A stretch of DNA of 15,213 nucleotides, from NCBI GenBank assembly GCA_041586955.1, contig JBFGZE010000080.1, forward strand, positions 1 to 15,213, given 5' to 3'. Under the pieces are notes generated by a model. That model was not told the origin of the DNA and did not search any database. It saw only the letters and a program-made list of their open reading frames with translations. This DNA is from Bacteriovoracaceae bacterium (GTDB taxonomy: Bacteria; Bdellovibrionota; Bacteriovoracia; Bacteriovoracales; Bacteriovoracaceae). Within the stretch, counting starts at the first letter, position 1. Every line of letters begins with the position of its first letter. This document shows, piece by piece, positions 8,001-15,213 of this stretch. Position numbers and translations under genes: made by a program.

Positions 8001-10437
8001 CCGCTTCGTCTTCTATAATTTTTTCCACCGCAACTACCTTTTCTTCTTCTTTCAAACGAATGATACGAACTCCTTGTGTTGCTCTTCCCATTAAAGAAAT
8101 ACCCGAAATTTTGGTGCGAATAACCTGACCCTTGTCGGTAATGATCATAAGGTCATCAGAATCAGAAACAGGTTTAATTTGAGTTATATCTCCTGTTTTT
8201 TCTGTTAAGCGCATCGCTAAGATACCTTTACCACCTCGAGTTTGTTTTCTATATTGAGAGGCACTAGTTCTCTTTCCATATCCATTATCAGTCACGGAAA
8301 GTATTTCTACTGTATCATCAATAATTTCCATACCAATGATTTTCTCATCCTCGCCAATGGCAATGCCTTTAACACCTTGTGAAACTCGACCCATTGGACG
8401 ACAATCTGATTCGGCGAAACGGATTATTTTACCTGAAGTAGAACACATCAGGACGTCTTTTTTACCATCTGTCACACGAACGCTACAAAGATTATCTCCG
8501 TCAACAATCTTAATGGCCTTAAGTCCACTTTGCTTAATTTTCTTATAATCAGTAAGGTTCGATTTCTTGATCAGTCCTCTTTCAGTCGCGAAAATAAGAA
8601 ACTTATCTTCCAAGCCTTCCTCTGTATCGATACAGATAATTTCTTGAACTTTCTCACCTGAAGGAACCTGAATTAGGTTGGCAATATTGCGCCCTTTAGA
8701 AGTTCGTGTCCCCTCGGGAACATTATAGACTTTTTTACTAAAAACAGTTCCTCTATTAGTGAAGAAATATAGCGTCGAGTGAGTATTCGCAGTAAAGATA
8801 TCCGTAAAAAAGTCATCGCCAGCACCAGAGCCTTTAACTCCGGTTCCACCACGTTTTTGAGTTTTATAGGTATCCATTTCCATACGCTTAATATAGCCCT
8901 TATGGGTAATGGTCACGATCACTTCTTCTTTTTTGATGAGGTCTTCAATTTGAATCTCATCCGCTTTTGCAATAATTTCTGTACGCCTTTTATCACCATA
9001 GCTTTCAAGGACTTCGTCGAATTCTTCGCGAATAATATTTTTAATTAGATCCTCACTCTGAAGAATCGCCTCTAATTCAGTAATGAGCTTCATAATTGCT
9101 TCATAATCAGCAATAATTTTATCTCTTTCAAGACCGGTTAATCGCTGAAGCTTCATATCCAAGATCGCCTGCGCTTGCCTTTCTGACAACGAGTATTTCG
9201 CGCATAGTTGCTCTCTTGCTTGGGTTGGACCTTCGGAACTTTTTACTAACTCAACAATGGCGTCAATATTTTCTACGGCAGTCTTTAAACCTTCTAAAAT
9301 ATGCGCTCTTTCGCGCGCTTTTTTTAATTCAAAAATTGTCCGACGAATCACCACTTCACGTCTATGATCAATAAAGCATAATAATTGATCTTTAAGGTTC
9401 ATCACCTTAGGAGCAGCATTACTAATCGATAGAAAGATGATACCAAAGGACGTTTGTAATTGAGTCGTTTTATAAAGGCGATTTAATATGACATTTGCAA
9501 TTTCACCCTTTTTCAATTCAATACAGACACGAATTCCTTCGCGAGAAGACTCGTCTCTAATATCAGAAATACCTGTAAGAGCTTTTGAATTAACAAGCTC
9601 TGCTACTTTTTCAATTAATCTGGCCTTATTCACTTGGTAGGGGAGTTCTGTGATTACAATACGCTCACGATCTCGACCGAAAGTTTCGATATCTGATTTG
9701 GCGCGAATCTGAATCACGCCTTTACCAGTATGATACGCTGACTTGATACCCTCTGTGCCGTGAATCGCCCCCGCAGTAGGGAAGTCAGGACCAGGAATAA
9801 CTTTCATTAAATCATCGATTGATAAACTACGATCCTCTAATAATAGTTTTAGGCCATTCATAATTTCTGTTAAATTATGAGGGGGTATATTAGTCGCCAT
9901 ACCAACAGCGATACCTGCCGACCCATTAACGAGCAGATTAGGAATTTTTGTGGGAAGAACTCTTGGTTCATTTAGAGAATCATCGTAATTAGGCTGCCAA
10001 TCTACTGTTTCTTTATCTAAATCACGCAACATTTCCTCGGACATTTTTTTCATCCGAATTTCCGTATACCTCATGGCCGCAGCACTATCCCCATCAATAG
10101 AACCAAAGTTTCCTTGGCCATCAACTAATGGGTAGCGCATGGAAAAATCCTGGGCCAAACGAACAATTGTATTATAAACAGCAGAGTCCCCATGGGGGTG
10201 GTACTTACCAATCACATCACCAACAACTCTGGCGGACTTAAGAAAGGGTTTATTATGATAATTACCCATGGTATTCATGGCATAAAGAACGCGACGATGT
10301 ACAGGCTTTAAACCATCACGAACATCAGGAAGTGCACGGCCAATAATAACCGACATGGCATAATCAAGATAACAACTTTTCATTTCATCTTGAATAAATA
10401 CTGGAACTACATTTTTATTTTCTACTTGGTCAGTCAT
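7987..10437 (-). CDS. gyrA: DNA gyrase subunit A
   Basis: [30 protein letters not shown], catalytic AAMRYTE, GyrA-box QKRGGTG, beta-pinwheel CTD, short acidic tail. ATG at 10437 is preferred to TTG at 10446 because AAGGA is only 1 nt before the TTG. Confidence 0.98.
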   Translation of the reverse strand: MTDQVENKNVVPVFIQDEMKSCYLDYAMSVIIGRALPDVRDGLKPVHRRVLYAMNTMGNYHNKPFLKSARVVGDVIGKYHPHGDSAVYNTIVRLAQDFSMRYPLVDGQGNFGSIDGDSAAAMRYTEIRMKKMSEEMLRDLDKETVDWQPNYDDSLNEPRVLPTKIPNLLVNGSAGIAVGMATNIPPHNLTEIMNGLKLLLEDRSLSIDDLMKVIPGPDFPTAGAIHGTEGIKSAYHTGKGVIQIRAKSDIETFGRDRERIVITELPYQVNKARLIEKVAELVNSKALTGISDIRDESSREGIRVCIELKKGEIANVILNRLYKTTQLQTSFGIIFLSISNAAPKVMNLKDQLLCFIDHRREVVIRRTIFELKKARERAHILEGLKTAVENIDAIVELVKSSEGPTQAREQLCAKYSLSERQAQAILDMKLQRLTGLERDKIIADYEAIMKLITELEAILQSEDLIKNIIREEFDEVLESYGDKRRTEIIAKADEIQIEDLIKKEEVIVTITHKGYIKRMEMDTYKTQKRGGTGVKGSGAGDDFFTDIFTANTHSTLYFFTNRGTVFSKKVYNVPEGTRTSKGRNIANLIQVPSGEKVQEIICIDTEEGLEDKFLIFATERGLIKKSNLTDYKKIKQSGLKAIKIVDGDNLCSVRVTDGKKDVLMCSTSGKIIRFAESDCRPMGRVSQGVKGIAIGEDEKIIGMEIIDDTVEILSVTDNGYGKRTSASQYRKQTRGGKGILAMRLTEKTGDITQIKPVSDSDDLMIITDKGQVIRTKISGISLMGRATQGVRIIRLKEEEKVVAVEKIIEDEADENV

Positions 10438-10454
10438 TGAGCTCAAATCCTTTT

Positions 10455-14046
<3,592 letters not shown>

Positions 14047-14050
<4 letters not shown>

Positions 14051-15156
14051 AATTTTAATGGCATAATAATACCAAGATAATTGGGATGAGTATTTGATTT
14101 AATCAGAACAGGACTTAACTCATTATTTAATTCAAGGGAGATTTCACCTTCATCAAAAGTGGCGAGCGTATCAACAAGATATTTGGCATTAAAGCCAATT
14201 TCCATTTCTTTGCCTGCATAATCAACATTAATTTTTTCACGAGCATCACCCAGAGAAGGGTGATTTGCCATAATAGTCATTTCATTATTCTTTAAATGGA
14301 CTCTTACACCATTGGACTTTTCGTTAGACATAATTTTGATTCTTCTGATGGCGTTAAAAAATGTCATTTTATCTGTTGTCATGGTGAAGCTAGTCTTAGA
14401 TGGAATGACTGCTTGATATTTGGGGTATTCTCTAGCGATTAACCGAATGGATAAAAAATATTTGTCATTTGCATTGGCATATAGAAAGGATTCATCCACT
14501 GAAAGCTTCAATTCCTCTGTTGGAAATGCTTCCGATAATTTCTTTAATTCGAAGACACCTTTTCTAGGAATAATAATTCCATTCATAAGGTTTTCACATT
14601 TATTATCTTCTACTTGGGTATCAACTAAAGATAAGCGGTGACCATCTGTTGCTACAGCTCTTAATTTGGATTCTGTTTCCTGCAGGTAAATTCCATTTAA
14701 ATATAATCGAGTTTCATCAGTGGAGATGGCATGAACTGTTTTATTTATTATATCTGATAATTGTGTTGATAATATAGGAAGAGGTTTTCCACCTATTTCA
14801 AAACTTAATTGTGGAAAATCTTCAGAATTATAAATTAATAATGTAAAGTGAATATCTCCACATTCAATTTTAAGAGTATTCTCTTCACAGATTAATTCAA
14901 TTTCCTCATTTGGTAATTCTTTTAAAATATCAGATAAATTTTTAGCATTTACACAAAAGGTACCGGCCTTTTCCACAATTGCTTCAAGTCTAACTTGGGC
15001 AGAGACCTCTAGATCAGTTGCACAAAAATTGAGTTGATTATTTTCGGCCTTAATTAAAGTGTAAGTAAGAATGGGGCGAGTATTTTTTTTATCAACAACA
15101 GTTAATATTTTATTAATTGAGTCTTTTAATGTATCAACTTTAACCTTGGCCCTCAT
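14047..15156 (-). CDS. dnaN: DNA polymerase III beta sliding clamp
   Basis: ATDLE, ETRLYLNG, VATDGHRL, YPKYQAVIP, IGFNAKYL, C-terminal IMPLKL. Start set at ATG 15156 with AAGGA (15164-15168) 7 nt upstream. Confidence 0.98.
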
Positions 15157-15213
15157 CAGCACTTCCTTTATTTTATTCATTCAAATATTTATAACTGGAG
15201 TAAGGACAAATCA

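Noticed and set aside
8225..8860. Two GyrA-box-like motifs (QKRGGTG and QTRGGKG)
   Set aside because: Degenerate copies in the pinwheel blades are normal for the GyrA CTD.

Overview
AT-rich, fully coding housekeeping region, most likely next to the replication origin. The + strand carries the 3' part of uvrA and a TrmH/SpoU RNA methyltransferase. The - strand carries one tightly packed run, dnaN-recF-gyrB-gyrA-TPR lipoprotein-atpZ-like-atpI-like-atpB-atpE, then an intrinsic terminator and a riboflavin operon, ribD-ribE(ribC)-ribBA-ribH. The gene order, the Fo-only atp cluster and the N-terminally extended c subunit resemble Bdellovibrionota (my recollection, not a search result). I see no mobile element, CRISPR array, RNA gene or clearly new multi-gene system. 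The best leads are: (i) an inverted repeat covering the ribD RBS and start codon where no FMN riboswitch is present; (ii) an uncharacterised TPR lipoprotein overlapping both gyrA and the first Fo gene; (iii) signal-peptide-like leaders and unusual motif residues in Fo subunits a and c; (iv) substitutions at gyrase drug-binding positions, including a GyrA D87N equivalent.
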